DNA of 64,000 nucleotides, taken from assembly GCA_965262715.1 (NCBI GenBank), contig OZ253553.1, positions 1,760,001 to 1,824,000 of the forward strand, read 5' to 3'. Source of the DNA: Bdellovibrionales bacterium (GTDB lineage Bacteria; Bdellovibrionota; Bdellovibrionia; Bdellovibrionales; JAUICD01). Positions 28,486-38,500 of the stretch are shown here, in pieces. A program made the position numbers and the translations under genes. The notes beneath the pieces were generated by a model. The model was given only the letters and a program-made list of their open reading frames with translations, had not been told where the DNA came from and did no database searches. Position 1 is the stretch's first letter; every line of letters begins with the position of its first letter.

Positions 28486-28983
28486 TTGAGAAGTGAAAAT
28501 AGAAGGCAGAAGAAAAGCATGGATAAAAATATTTCAAAAATACGAGTAATTGCTCAAAATAAAAAAGCTCGTCATGACTATCATATTTTAGATGTTTATG
28601 AGGCGGGACTTGTGTTGACAGGCAGTGAGGTCAAGTCTCTAAGACAAGGACAGTGTCAATTAAAAGACTCTTATGTTGATATTCATCATGGGCAAATGTT
28701 TTTGTTAGGCACCCATATTAGTAGATACCTTGAAAGCAGTTATAATAATCATGAACCTGAAAGACCTAGAAAACTCTTAATGCATAAAAAGCAAATCCAT
28801 CGCTTACAAGGATCTATAAAACAAAAAGGACTGACTATTATTCCATTAAAAGTTTATTTTAAGTCAGCTAAAGCTAAAGTAGAAATAGGAGTTGTTAAAG
28901 GCAAAAAACTCTATGATAAACGTGAAGTTATTAAGCAACGTGATATACAACGTGAAATATCTTCAAAATGGAAATATAAATAA
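28486..28983 (+). CDS. smpB: SsrA-binding protein SmpB (start may be ATG at 28519)
   Basis: NKKARHDY, EAGLVLTGSEVKSLR, RKLLMHK, GKKLYDKR. Confidence 0.97.
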   Translation: MRSENRRQKKSMDKNISKIRVIAQNKKARHDYHILDVYEAGLVLTGSEVKSLRQGQCQLKDSYVDIHHGQMFLLGTHISRYLESSYNNHEPERPRKLLMHKKQIHRLQGSIKQKGLTIIPLKVYFKSAKAKVEIGVVKGKKLYDKREVIKQRDIQREISSKWKYK

Positions 28984-29195
28984 ACTTGTCTTCCTTTAGT
29001 AATCATTGAACTTTTATAATACACTTAATTTCTCAACCACCAAAAAACCTCAAATTTTATTTTAAATATGAAATAAAATTAAGGTCAAATTACAAAATGA
29101 CGATAAGAGTGGGTATACAAAATAGTAATTAAAACCATCATTTATTTAAAGATTATATATTTATATAATAATTATTTTTTTAGGAGGTAAGTGAC

Positions 29196-29573
29196 ATGAC
29201 AGATCGTGCAATGAATGCAATAAAAACCCGCTATAAAATGACTGGAATAGGAAGCAAAATGATCCTTACAAACATAGAGGTTGTACCAGGTAAGACAATA
29301 GTTGAGCATTATGGGTTGGTTCAAGGTAGTACAATAAGAGCAAAGCATGTAGGCAGAGATATAATGGCAGGCTTTAAAAATATATTAGGTGGAGAACTCC
29401 GTGGTTATACAGAGCTTTTGCAAGAAAGCCGAGAAGAAGCTACATCTCGTATGATCCAACAAGCACAAATGTTAGGGGCTAATGCTATTGTAAATATCCG
29501 ATTTGCGACGTCTTCTATTGTATCAGGAGCAGCAGAGCTTTTTGCTTATGGTACTGCTGTAAAGGTTGAATAA
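29196..29573 (+). CDS. YbjQ/UPF0145 family protein
   Basis: GRDIMAGFKNILGGELRGY, GANAIVNIRF, AYGTAV. Confidence 0.9.
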   Translation: MTDRAMNAIKTRYKMTGIGSKMILTNIEVVPGKTIVEHYGLVQGSTIRAKHVGRDIMAGFKNILGGELRGYTELLQESREEATSRMIQQAQMLGANAIVNIRFATSSIVSGAAELFAYGTAVKVE

Positions 29574-30031
29574 TGAATCTTCTCTTTATTTTATCTTTAC
29601 TTATTATTGGATATAGTACTGGTAAATTTTTTGAAAGCGCGCATTATTCCAAAATACGCCAAAGAGAGAAGAGACTTCAATCTATTCCAGTTATTGCAAG
29701 TAGGTGGCAAGATACTATTGAAGGTGGAGAAGTGGGACATTTATTTGATGGGTCTGTTGTGATTTCTTCAGACTACTTTAAATCTTTTGTATCTAATTTA
29801 CGTCTTATATTTGGTGGTAGATTGCGTGAATTTGAACCACTTTTAGATAGAGCGCGTAGAGAAGCTATTTTAAGGATGAAGGAAAAAGCTGTCCTTTGGG
29901 GAGCAGAAAGGATTATTAATTTGCGAATAGAATGTTCATCTGTATATGGTCGTAGTGGTGGTCAGCAATATTTACCTGTTGTAGAAGTTTTGGCCTATGG
30001 CACTGGTATTAAGAAAAATACTGAAAGATAA
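29573..30031 (+). CDS. YbjQ-like protein with N-terminal TM segment
   Basis: GSVVISSDYFK, LLDRARREAILRMKE, VEVLAYGT. Confidence 0.85.
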   Translation: MNLLFILSLLIIGYSTGKFFESAHYSKIRQREKRLQSIPVIASRWQDTIEGGEVGHLFDGSVVISSDYFKSFVSNLRLIFGGRLREFEPLLDRARREAILRMKEKAVLWGAERIINLRIECSSVYGRSGGQQYLPVVEVLAYGTGIKKNTER

Positions 30032-30064
30032 AAATATTCCTAATTTTATATCTTATGAGATTTT

Positions 30065-30895
30065 ATGTTTTATATTCCAAAAGATATTCCTAAAGAAGTT
30101 AATGTATCAAAAGCTCATACTTTTAGGAGCTTTATACTACCGGTAGGTATTTTTTTTGGTGGTTTGTCTGTTTTAATTTATTTGGTTGTTCCAACTTTGA
30201 TACAAAGAATTTCTCCAGAAACAGAAATTCGATGGAGAGAAGACTATCAACTACTTGAAATAAACAGTGATGACTTTACAAAAGAAGTTCCTAAAGGGTT
30301 AACTGATTTAGCCAATCAATTGTGGCATCCTTATACATCTGCAACTAATTTAAAGTTAAAAATAGACATTATAGAAAGTAAAGTGGAAAATGCTTATATG
30401 GGTTTTGGTGGACAGATGGCATTTACAGAAGGACTCATTCAAAACGCTGAATCTGAAAATGAACTGGCTATGGTTATTTGTCATGAGTTGGGACATCTAT
30501 ATCATCGCCATCTTATCAATAGATTAGCTCAAATGCTCATCTGGTCAGTCGTAGACTTTTTTCTTTCAGCTTCTAGTTATTATTCTTTCTATAATGGTTC
30601 AATTAACTTTTTAACAAGTCAAAAATTCAATAGAGGTCAAGAGAAACAAGCAGATAGCTTTGGCTTAGATTGTCTTCATAAAAAATATAATCATGTCAAT
30701 GGAGCAAATACATTTTTCCAAAGAATATCTACAAAGCAGGGAAGTGATGTAATAAGTCAAATACCAGAATTTATAATGACACATCCAAATTTCGAAAATA
30801 GGATAATATATCTAAAAAATTACGCTTTGAAAAAAGGTTATTCTTGGAATGGCCCTCTTTCTTTAAATAATTTTAAGGCAGATCAGTCGAATTAA
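30065..30895 (+). CDS. M48-family metallopeptidase
   Basis: NAY..FGG, ELAMVICHELGH, EKQAD, THP...RI. Confidence 0.88.
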   Translation: MFYIPKDIPKEVNVSKAHTFRSFILPVGIFFGGLSVLIYLVVPTLIQRISPETEIRWREDYQLLEINSDDFTKEVPKGLTDLANQLWHPYTSATNLKLKIDIIESKVENAYMGFGGQMAFTEGLIQNAESENELAMVICHELGHLYHRHLINRLAQMLIWSVVDFFLSASSYYSFYNGSINFLTSQKFNRGQEKQADSFGLDCLHKKYNHVNGANTFFQRISTKQGSDVISQIPEFIMTHPNFENRIIYLKNYALKKGYSWNGPLSLNNFKADQSN

Positions 30896-30943
30896 CAGAG
30901 AAGATAAAAATTCCATAAATTATAAGAAAGGTTGAGGTAAATT

Positions 30944-32338
30944 ATGAGGGTTAAGCTTTTTGGTACAGACGGCATTCGAGGCAAGTCTAATCAATACCCT
31001 ATTTTACCTGATACTGTTGTGCGTATTGGACAAGCCTTAGGAGTATTGCTTAATAAAAAAGAAGAATTAAAAAAAAATAAAGAAGATGTCTATAAGAAAA
31101 AACAATATGTATTGATTGGTAAGGATACGAGGCTTTCAGGTTATATGGTCGAGATGGCCCTAGCTAGTGGATTAAACTCTATGGGAGTTCATGTGTTATT
31201 AGTTGGCGTTCTTCCAACTCCTGCTATTGGATTTTTAGCAAGAAATATGCATACACAGGCAGGTATTATGATTTCAGCTTCTCACAATCAATATTATGAT
31301 AATGGGATTAAGATTTTTGATAAAAATGGTTTTAAAATATCTAAACAGTGGGAGGGAGAGATTGAAGGGATGCTCATAAACATGTCTCTAGAAAATCATG
31401 TTGTAGATGCAGAGGATATAGGTTTCACTAAAAGAACTAAAAAAATAGAGGATGCAACTGATAGGTATATCTTACATGTGAAGAGCTATTTTCCTTCAAA
31501 TCAAACATTAGAGGGTATGCGCATTGTTTTGGATTGTGCTAATGGGGCTTGTTATAAAGTAGCACCGAAGATTTTAGAAGAGTTAGGCGCGCAGGTCATT
31601 GCCATTAATAATCAACCAAATGGTTTTAATATTAACAAGGAATGTGGTGCTTGCAATCCAGAAAAAATAGCTACTGCTGTGAAAACATATAAGGCAGATT
31701 TAGGCATTAGCTTAGATGGTGATGGTGACCGTCTTATTATGGCAGATGAACTTGGTCAGATTATAAATGGAGATCACATCTTAGCCATATTGGCTTTGCA
31801 TGCTAAAGAAGTAGGGTATTTAAAAAACAATACAGTTGTGATTACTGAGATGAGCAACTTAGGTTTGGAAGAGCTGCTTTGTAAAAATGGTATTACTACT
31901 ATTAAGGCAGATGTAGGAGATCGTTATGTCGCCGAGCAGATGCAGATTTCTAATTGCTACTTGGGAGGAGAGTCTTCTGGCCATATTATGTTTCTAGAAG
32001 ACATTGTAACAAGTGATGGGCTTGTTACAGCTTTAAATGTTCTCAAAATAATGAAAGACAAAAATAAGCGATTAAGTCAGCTTAAATTATTTCAAGATAT
32101 GCCCCATGTTTTATACAATTTACGTGTATCTATAAAGAAGGAATTAGAAACAATAAAGGGATATCAAGATGTAATACAATCTGTGAAAAAGCAAATAGAA
32201 CCTAATGGAAAAGTTTTTGTAAGATTTTCTGGAACAGAACCACTTGTAAGAATATCACTACAAGGCACTTCTCAGGAAAAGTTACAGCTCTATGCTCGTC
32301 AAATTGCAGATCATATTAGAAGCCATCTTAAAATATAG
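30944..32338 (+). CDS. glmM: Phosphoglucosamine mutase
   Basis: FGTDGIRG, MISASHN, DGDGDR, GGESSGH, RFSGTEP. Confidence 0.97.
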   Translation: MRVKLFGTDGIRGKSNQYPILPDTVVRIGQALGVLLNKKEELKKNKEDVYKKKQYVLIGKDTRLSGYMVEMALASGLNSMGVHVLLVGVLPTPAIGFLARNMHTQAGIMISASHNQYYDNGIKIFDKNGFKISKQWEGEIEGMLINMSLENHVVDAEDIGFTKRTKKIEDATDRYILHVKSYFPSNQTLEGMRIVLDCANGACYKVAPKILEELGAQVIAINNQPNGFNINKECGACNPEKIATAVKTYKADLGISLDGDGDRLIMADELGQIINGDHILAILALHAKEVGYLKNNTVVITEMSNLGLEELLCKNGITTIKADVGDRYVAEQMQISNCYLGGESSGHIMFLEDIVTSDGLVTALNVLKIMKDKNKRLSQLKLFQDMPHVLYNLRVSIKKELETIKGYQDVIQSVKKQIEPNGKVFVRFSGTEPLVRISLQGTSQEKLQLYARQIADHIRSHLKI

Positions 32339-32549
32339 TTTTATATTTTGCAATTCTAGTTATGAACCTTGCTTCTTTTTGGTACACTTATTTGATAATG
32401 TTGAGAAAGTATCTGTTTCTATTTTGAAAAGTATTGCAATGAATAAAATAAGAATAGATATGTTGTTATTCCAATAACATAATATACATAGTGCTTTTAT
32501 GAGATATTAAGGTTAAAATATTCGACTTTTTTAATTTAGGTTATTTAAA

Positions 32550-35500
32550 ATGTTGAAAATAAGTCATCTTCATTCCTACTTAAATTTAGGAAATAGGTTT
32601 TATATTTGTTCTTGTCAACGAGGATTCATGTTATTAGAGTCCCTTTTGATAGCTGTTTTTTTAGGAGCTATGGCAGTAGGTGTGACTTACTTTTTTACTC
32701 AGAATAGAGTTACAATGAGTTCTTCTTCCCAAGTGATGGGATGTCAGACTATTGTAAAGCAAGCTTTAGAAAGAACAGTATCTTTAGGAACCCGTTTATA
32801 TGGATATAAGATTAATAATAATGAGCCTGATTTGCAATACAGTCCACTTTTCATTAAAGGGAGTGGTAGTCATATATCAGATGTAGGTGATGGGAGTTAT
32901 TTAGGAAGAGGAGCTTCTAAATTTCCTCCAAAAATGTACACAGATTTGTTTACCAATCTTGTTGGTGTAGCTACACCTTCATCAAGGGCAGGTCCTTTAA
33001 ATAGTGCATTAAATCCAGAGAAGAATTCACAAATACCTATTATTAGAAACCCATTAAGTCCGACAGATTTATTTGAGTTTGGAACATCTGCGCTTTTTAT
33101 TAACTCTGTAAATGCTTTGCAATATCTGTATAATGCTGATCCTGCATATTTTGATGTCAGGAACTCAAGTCACCCTGAGAGATGGTTAGGTAAGAAGTAT
33201 GGATCTGATGTCATGTCTAATGGTTTAATATCAGAAGTATTAGGACGATATAAGAGGAAATTTAATTTAAAGAATGTAGAGCTTTATATAAGGATTGTTC
33301 CTATAGATTTAAATACAGATAAGCTTATTACATCTTATGGTGATATTAAGTGTCAGAAGACAACTTACAATGGGACGTCTTTTGATATTCAAGATTACAG
33401 CTGCCCTGTAGATTCAGGTCACATTTTGATTTTAAGTCGTCCTCATTTTTTAGTTTCAGACCCTAACTTGCAAGATCAAATATCTAGAGACTTGGTAGTT
33501 GTGGGTAATAAGAATATTGGATTTGAGATTAAGGTACATTTGAAGTATGAAAGTGGTGATGAACAGTTTTCTTGCAATGCTATGCATAGATTCAGTCATC
33601 AAAATAAGACGATTACAGGCAGACTGGCAGAGACGAGTCCACTTTCGGTGCAGGTGACTGGTTTAAGAAATGGAACTGGTAGAGACTTATTTAATTCTAA
33701 GTGGAAACAAACTTCTTGTGATCAATTCAATGGTGTCAATGAGCTTAATTATAAAAACATCACTTTAGATCTTGATTTTAATGGATTTAGGAGAAGTGGG
33801 AGTGGAGGAGAAGAATTTGGGACATTGATTTTATGTAAAGGTAAGATGGCTTGTAGAAGTGGTGGAGATGGTAGTTATCCGGGTTGTAGTGTGAAGGAAA
33901 CAGGTTGGCAGCGTTGTCATGAGCTAAAATTTCCAGAGCAAAATGGAGATACAAAAGCAGAACTCTTAGGTGATGATAAGTTAAAATTGACATTTAATGA
34001 TCTGACAGAAAATAGGAGATATGATCTTTCTATTACAGAGATTTCTATGTTGGAGTGGTCAAAGAGGTCTGTTGAATTGCAGCCTAATAAGAATCAGACC
34101 AATATTGGTATAGGTGGTATAAAAACAGTTCGATTCTATATTGATGCTTTAAGACCTCAAGCCGCTTCACATGAAATTCCAGATGGTGATGTAGGAGAGC
34201 CGAATGAAGGAGGAAGAGGAGGAAGAAACTATTTAGGTCCTTTAGCAGCTTGGCAAAAACCGTTAAATTCTTTACCGGATCAATGGTTACAATGCAATAC
34301 TTCGAATGTAAATTTTAATACGACAGTGTTAGATCAATTCACACATAATTTGAAGCCTTGTATTTATAAAGGTCAGCGGAAAGATGGACATGGTACAACA
34401 AATACAACGGGAGATATCACAAATCAAGTATTCAATCGTAATAAAGGTGAGTGTGTAGGAAGGCTCATGGGTATAGATCATGGCCGTCAGACAATTTCAG
34501 CTGAGCCTCGGGACACTTGTGGATTGGGACCAAAGAAAGACCTGGTATGGGACACAGATCTTCCTGGTACATTTATAGCGCAAGATGTAGGTAGTGAGTG
34601 GTTCTACAGCACTTCGAAAATACCTTATGCGATAAAGACGAAGGTCCCTTCTATTAATTCACAAGTAGCATTTCCTAAGCATTACAGTGTGGATTGTGTT
34701 GAGAGAGAGTATAGTTCAAATATAAGGACTGACGGGAATGGTGGAACAATATCATGTGAATTTGTAAATGGGAGTGCAAGTCGAGATGATGGCTGCAATC
34801 CAGAAAAAGCAGGTATCAAATATTACCATGTGTGTGGAGTGAGTCAATGTAAAGGGGGCGAGTGGGGTGTTTTTGCTGCTTATTCAAAGAGTTGTCAGAA
34901 TGTACAATGTGAGCCAGGCTTAATATGCTGTGATGGTTTTAAAGGAGAATGTGGTGGCGTTAGCAAAGCACAGTGCGCAAGGAACACTTATTCTCCATCT
35001 TGTAGTGATCCTAAAGGAGGTGGCAGAGCTCAACAAGACAATCAATCAGGTTGTCCACCATTAGGACTTTATAATTGTAGTTATGAGATTCCATGTTATG
35101 CTACAAGGCCTTATCCAAAGATTGAGGCTTGTTCGAGCTGTATTGGTAAGAGAAATCGAAATAGTTGCAGTTTCAAAAGAAAATTTATATGCCAGGTACA
35201 AGGCTCACGTGTTCGTTCTGACAATAATTTTACTGGAATATGTATGACAGATGGAGCTCAAAGGCTTACGTGCAATAATATCAAAAGCCGATGTTCAAGT
35301 TGGGAGGCCTATTCAGTTACAAAGCAATGTAAAGGGGGCACTTCTTGTAATGAGACTCATTACCGTTGCAATCAATACACAGCATCAGATGGGATTTGTG
35401 AGGTGACATTTAGTGGGAGATGTGGTTCAGCCACAAAAGGAAGTTGTGTTAGGTTAGGAGTGGGTGGAGGCAACACTTCACAAGATAAGTGTGATGTAAG

Positions 35501-35921
35501 GTCTCCTACATGTTCTTCTTATACAAAACTGGGAAGAACAGGGCCTTCGAATTCTACGAATTCTCTTACTTGTAATACGATTGTAAATAATCCTATACTT
35601 CCTCCTGAACCTCCTTTAGTGCGACCTCCTTCTATTATATCTTGTAATTGCTCAACGACTCCTACAATAACAACTATAACAACTCCTATAATTACAACAC
35701 CGACTGTAACTGCAACTACTTCTACAACGACTCCTACAAATCCTACAACAACACAACCAACTCCAGATCCACAATGCGGCGGTTCATCCCCTTCAATAGG
35801 TACTTGGTGTAATGTAGGTAGAGCTACAGATTGTCATTGCTCTACTAGTACTGCTTGCTCATATTTATGTAGTAGTGGTGGAAAGATCGTAAGTTGTTCT
35901 TGTTATGTTTCTGATAGGTAG
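32550..35921 (+). CDS. Very large type IV pilin-like/prepilin-type Cys-rich surface protein
   Basis: Class III signal QRG|FMLLE plus hydrophobic helix; Cys-rich C-terminal half; Pro/Thr linker; small Cys-rich tip. Confidence 0.7.
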   Translation: MLKISHLHSYLNLGNRFYICSCQRGFMLLESLLIAVFLGAMAVGVTYFFTQNRVTMSSSSQVMGCQTIVKQALERTVSLGTRLYGYKINNNEPDLQYSPLFIKGSGSHISDVGDGSYLGRGASKFPPKMYTDLFTNLVGVATPSSRAGPLNSALNPEKNSQIPIIRNPLSPTDLFEFGTSALFINSVNALQYLYNADPAYFDVRNSSHPERWLGKKYGSDVMSNGLISEVLGRYKRKFNLKNVELYIRIVPIDLNTDKLITSYGDIKCQKTTYNGTSFDIQDYSCPVDSGHILILSRPHFLVSDPNLQDQISRDLVVVGNKNIGFEIKVHLKYESGDEQFSCNAMHRFSHQNKTITGRLAETSPLSVQVTGLRNGTGRDLFNSKWKQTSCDQFNGVNELNYKNITLDLDFNGFRRSGSGGEEFGTLILCKGKMACRSGGDGSYPGCSVKETGWQRCHELKFPEQNGDTKAELLGDDKLKLTFNDLTENRRYDLSITEISMLEWSKRSVELQPNKNQTNIGIGGIKTVRFYIDALRPQAASHEIPDGDVGEPNEGGRGGRNYLGPLAAWQKPLNSLPDQWLQCNTSNVNFNTTVLDQFTHNLKPCIYKGQRKDGHGTTNTTGDITNQVFNRNKGECVGRLMGIDHGRQTISAEPRDTCGLGPKKDLVWDTDLPGTFIAQDVGSEWFYSTSKIPYAIKTKVPSINSQVAFPKHYSVDCVEREYSSNIRTDGNGGTISCEFVNGSASRDDGCNPEKAGIKYYHVCGVSQCKGGEWGVFAAYSKSCQNVQCEPGLICCDGFKGECGGVSKAQCARNTYSPSCSDPKGGGRAQQDNQSGCPPLGLYNCSYEIPCYATRPYPKIEACSSCIGKRNRNSCSFKRKFICQVQGSRVRSDNNFTGICMTDGAQRLTCNNIKSRCSSWEAYSVTKQCKGGTSCNETHYRCNQYTASDGICEVTFSGRCGSATKGSCVRLGVGGGNTSQDKCDVRSPTCSSYTKLGRTGPSNSTNSLTCNTIVNNPILPPEPPLVRPPSIISCNCSTTPTITTITTPIITTPTVTATTSTTTPTNPTTTQPTPDPQCGGSSPSIGTWCNVGRATDCHCSTSTACSYLCSSGGKIVSCSCYVSDR

Positions 35922-35930
35922 TGTAAAGTA

Positions 35931-36198
35931 TTAGGAGTGGTCTCAAAAATACTATATCTGCTATTTTATTTGAACTTACCTTAATGTAGTGATTTAGAGT
36001 TATAGCAGGCTTCTTCCATAAGCAAACAGGCAACCCCCGCACCCTGCATTCTTGTTATTTTATAATTTTATTATAGGACAAAGTACTTTTTAAAGGAACT
36101 TTATTTTTTAAGGCGCTGGCCTGAGCTTATTTCAGAAACCTGCTATAACTCTATCTCAACATTACAAAGTGCAAAACTTATTTTTGAGACTGCTTCTA
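35931..36198. repeat. Family D terminal repeats enclosing a family B hairpin (35995-36153)
   Basis: TAGGAGTGGTCTCAAAAAT...TTTTTGAGACTGCTTCTA around TAGAGTTATAGCAGG...CCTGCTATAACTCTA. Confidence 0.82.
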
Positions 36199-36540
36199 GT
36201 ACTACATTGGCAAGTTAATTCATTTATATCACAATATAGAGTTATTACACAAAACCTTGCTTTATAATAGCTATGACAGACTTTTGATCTAGCTCAGGCC
36301 AGTGCCTTATGGGATAAAAGTTTTCAAGACATCTTATTCTATAATAAAATCATAAATTTATATAGGTGCAAGGCACGGGGGTTGCCTGCTGCTAGTGAAG
36401 AAGCCTGTCATAGCTATTATATCATTAAATTGAATGGCTTTTGCAACAACAAATTCAAAAAAGTTATAAAAACAACAATTCCACAAATGCGTTTTTTTAT
36501 TAAGATTCATGACACTGGATAACTTGCCAATGTAGTACTA
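36197..36540. mobile_element. Family E MITE with a perfect 21-bp TIR, enclosing a family B hairpin (36263-36421)
   Basis: TAGTACTACATTGGCAAGTTA ... TAACTTGCCAATGTAGTACTA. Confidence 0.82.
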
Positions 36541-36611
36541 GTTAAATTTTTTTTCCGGGAAACATATATGGATCTGTCCGATAAGCAAGTAAAAAATACA
36601 CTATTGCAAAC

Positions 36612-37553
36612 TTAAAGACCTAATTTATTTTTTCGTTCATCTAAAAGGTGAATGTATTTTTTCTTAAGTTCCTCTGATAAAAAAGAACTATTTATAAGTT
36701 CTTTCCATTGGCTGACTTGATTTGAAAATTGACTAAGCACCTCATCTATGACCTTAGAGGTTAAATTCAATTTTTCCACACCATAATATGTAGTTAAATC
36801 CTCTTTCGTTAGACCGCGTCTTTTACTATTTAAAGGAAGAGCAATCTCTTCTAAGTTAGAAAGATCAACTATTGTAGAGTTGATTAAGTTATAAACAGGA
36901 CTTAACATCACAACACTATTGATAGTGATAAGAGAAAAGTTTTTTAGATGCATATCTTGATGACCGGTCAGGTAAATAAAAATAGTTCTTTTAAAAAGCT
37001 CTTTCTTTTCAACAGTTGGAAAAGCGCAATATTGCTCAATTGTCTTTGCCACTTTTTCCATAGAAGAATCGTATTTACCTTCTCTCGTCTTTCCTTGCAA
37101 CTGCGCGAAGTTTTCTAAAGGGATTTTGTAAGGATAATCTCCTCTATCAAATCTTCTAATGAAATAAAAAAAATAATCACCTTTGCAATATAAAAGTCCA
37201 TGCTTTGGTGTTTCTATACCAACACGATCAGCTAATTTCATTGTTAAGTCTTCGTTTTCGGGCATCTGTGGCCAGTTAGGGCTCTGTGGTTTAAGTATGT
37301 ATTTCCCACCTGGCATTGTAATTTCAAATTTCTTTTCATCTTTATTAAGATTAATAAGTAATTTAGGATTCTCTCCGGAGATGGATATTCTTGTTTCAGG
37401 TTTTGTAATTTTATCTAGTAATTCATCTTGTGTGTATTCAAACTTTTTTAATGTATCTAATTTTTTATCTAAGTGATGTAATCCTTTTAGGGAATAAGGA
37501 GATGAAGTCTTTTGATGAGAATCTACATTTTCATAAGTGATAGGACATTTCAT
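36612..37553 (-). CDS. hipA: HipA-family kinase toxin
   Basis: RISISGENPK, YILKP, ENEDLTM, IRRFDR, DMHLKNFSL, LSPVYN. Confidence 0.88.
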   Translation of the reverse strand: MKCPITYENVDSHQKTSSPYSLKGLHHLDKKLDTLKKFEYTQDELLDKITKPETRISISGENPKLLINLNKDEKKFEITMPGGKYILKPQSPNWPQMPENEDLTMKLADRVGIETPKHGLLYCKGDYFFYFIRRFDRGDYPYKIPLENFAQLQGKTREGKYDSSMEKVAKTIEQYCAFPTVEKKELFKRTIFIYLTGHQDMHLKNFSLITINSVVMLSPVYNLINSTIVDLSNLEEIALPLNSKRRGLTKEDLTTYYGVEKLNLTSKVIDEVLSQFSNQVSQWKELINSSFLSEELKKKYIHLLDERKNKLGL

Positions 37554-37569
37554 AAATACCTCAATAGGG

Positions 37570-37932
37570 CTAAGCAGCGGATAAGGAAGAAGGTTTTATT
37601 GTCACAGCACCTATGATATCTTCTCCCATAGCTACCAATTGGCCAAGGTAATCTGTTAAACTAAGTTTGTGTTTTTTGAGCAGTATTTCTAATTGTCGTC
37701 CTTCTGGCAAAAGCCCTTCAAAAAAAGGAGGGAAGTTTTTATAAATGTAAGTTTTTCTCAATGTTGGCATAGCTAATGATATTTTTGAACCTTTATAATT
37801 TTGATCATACTTGAATTCATAAAGGCTATCATCTTTTTTTGTTAAGATACCAGCATAGCTTCCTTGAAAATAAACTTCTACAAATGATGGTGGAGTTGTA
37901 TTCTTCATTTTTTTCATTTTTAACTCACTCAT
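37570..37932 (-). CDS. HipA N-terminal (couple_hipA / HipS-like) protein
   Basis: AGIL...YEFKY...ISLAMP...FPPFFEGLLPEG...D.IGAV; directly upstream of hipA. Confidence 0.85.
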   Translation of the reverse strand: MSELKMKKMKNTTPPSFVEVYFQGSYAGILTKKDDSLYEFKYDQNYKGSKISLAMPTLRKTYIYKNFPPFFEGLLPEGRQLEILLKKHKLSLTDYLGQLVAMGEDIIGAVTIKPSSLSAA

Positions 37933-38500
37933 AAAGCACTAAAAAAAGAAACAAAAGTGTGTAAAAGATAATAAGTTAAGAGGCTTTTATAGCAAAGCCA
38001 TATCATCTACTAGTACTTACTATTTTAATATGAAATGTCTTTTATAACAAGTAGTTTAAAGCAAAAAGATAAATAACAAGTTTCATTGAAAAACTATCGT
38101 TAAATACTGCTTACATAAAAAATTAATATTTTAAATTTTGGAGTAACACAAACTATATACACTCAAATTGATACAATAGCCTTCTATGAAATTAACCAGT
38201 GAACTTATTCATCACTATCACTGGCATATTCTTTATCTGAAAAAAACAGTGCTTTATTTACTAAAAAGCTCCAAAAAAGAAGACCTTGTCTTCTATCATA
38301 CTTAAGGAAACTTACGACCTTGTTGCACAAACATCGATTGTAACTTCTTATATATACTAAGATTTGCAACAGGCTTATTCACTAGCAGCAGAGTGTCTCT
38401 GTGTCATATATTACTGTGGTTTTATTATCTGAAAGAAGATATCAAAATCTAAAATTCAGGCTAAGTTGAAATAGAAATCACCATGGTTGTCTTTGAAAGA

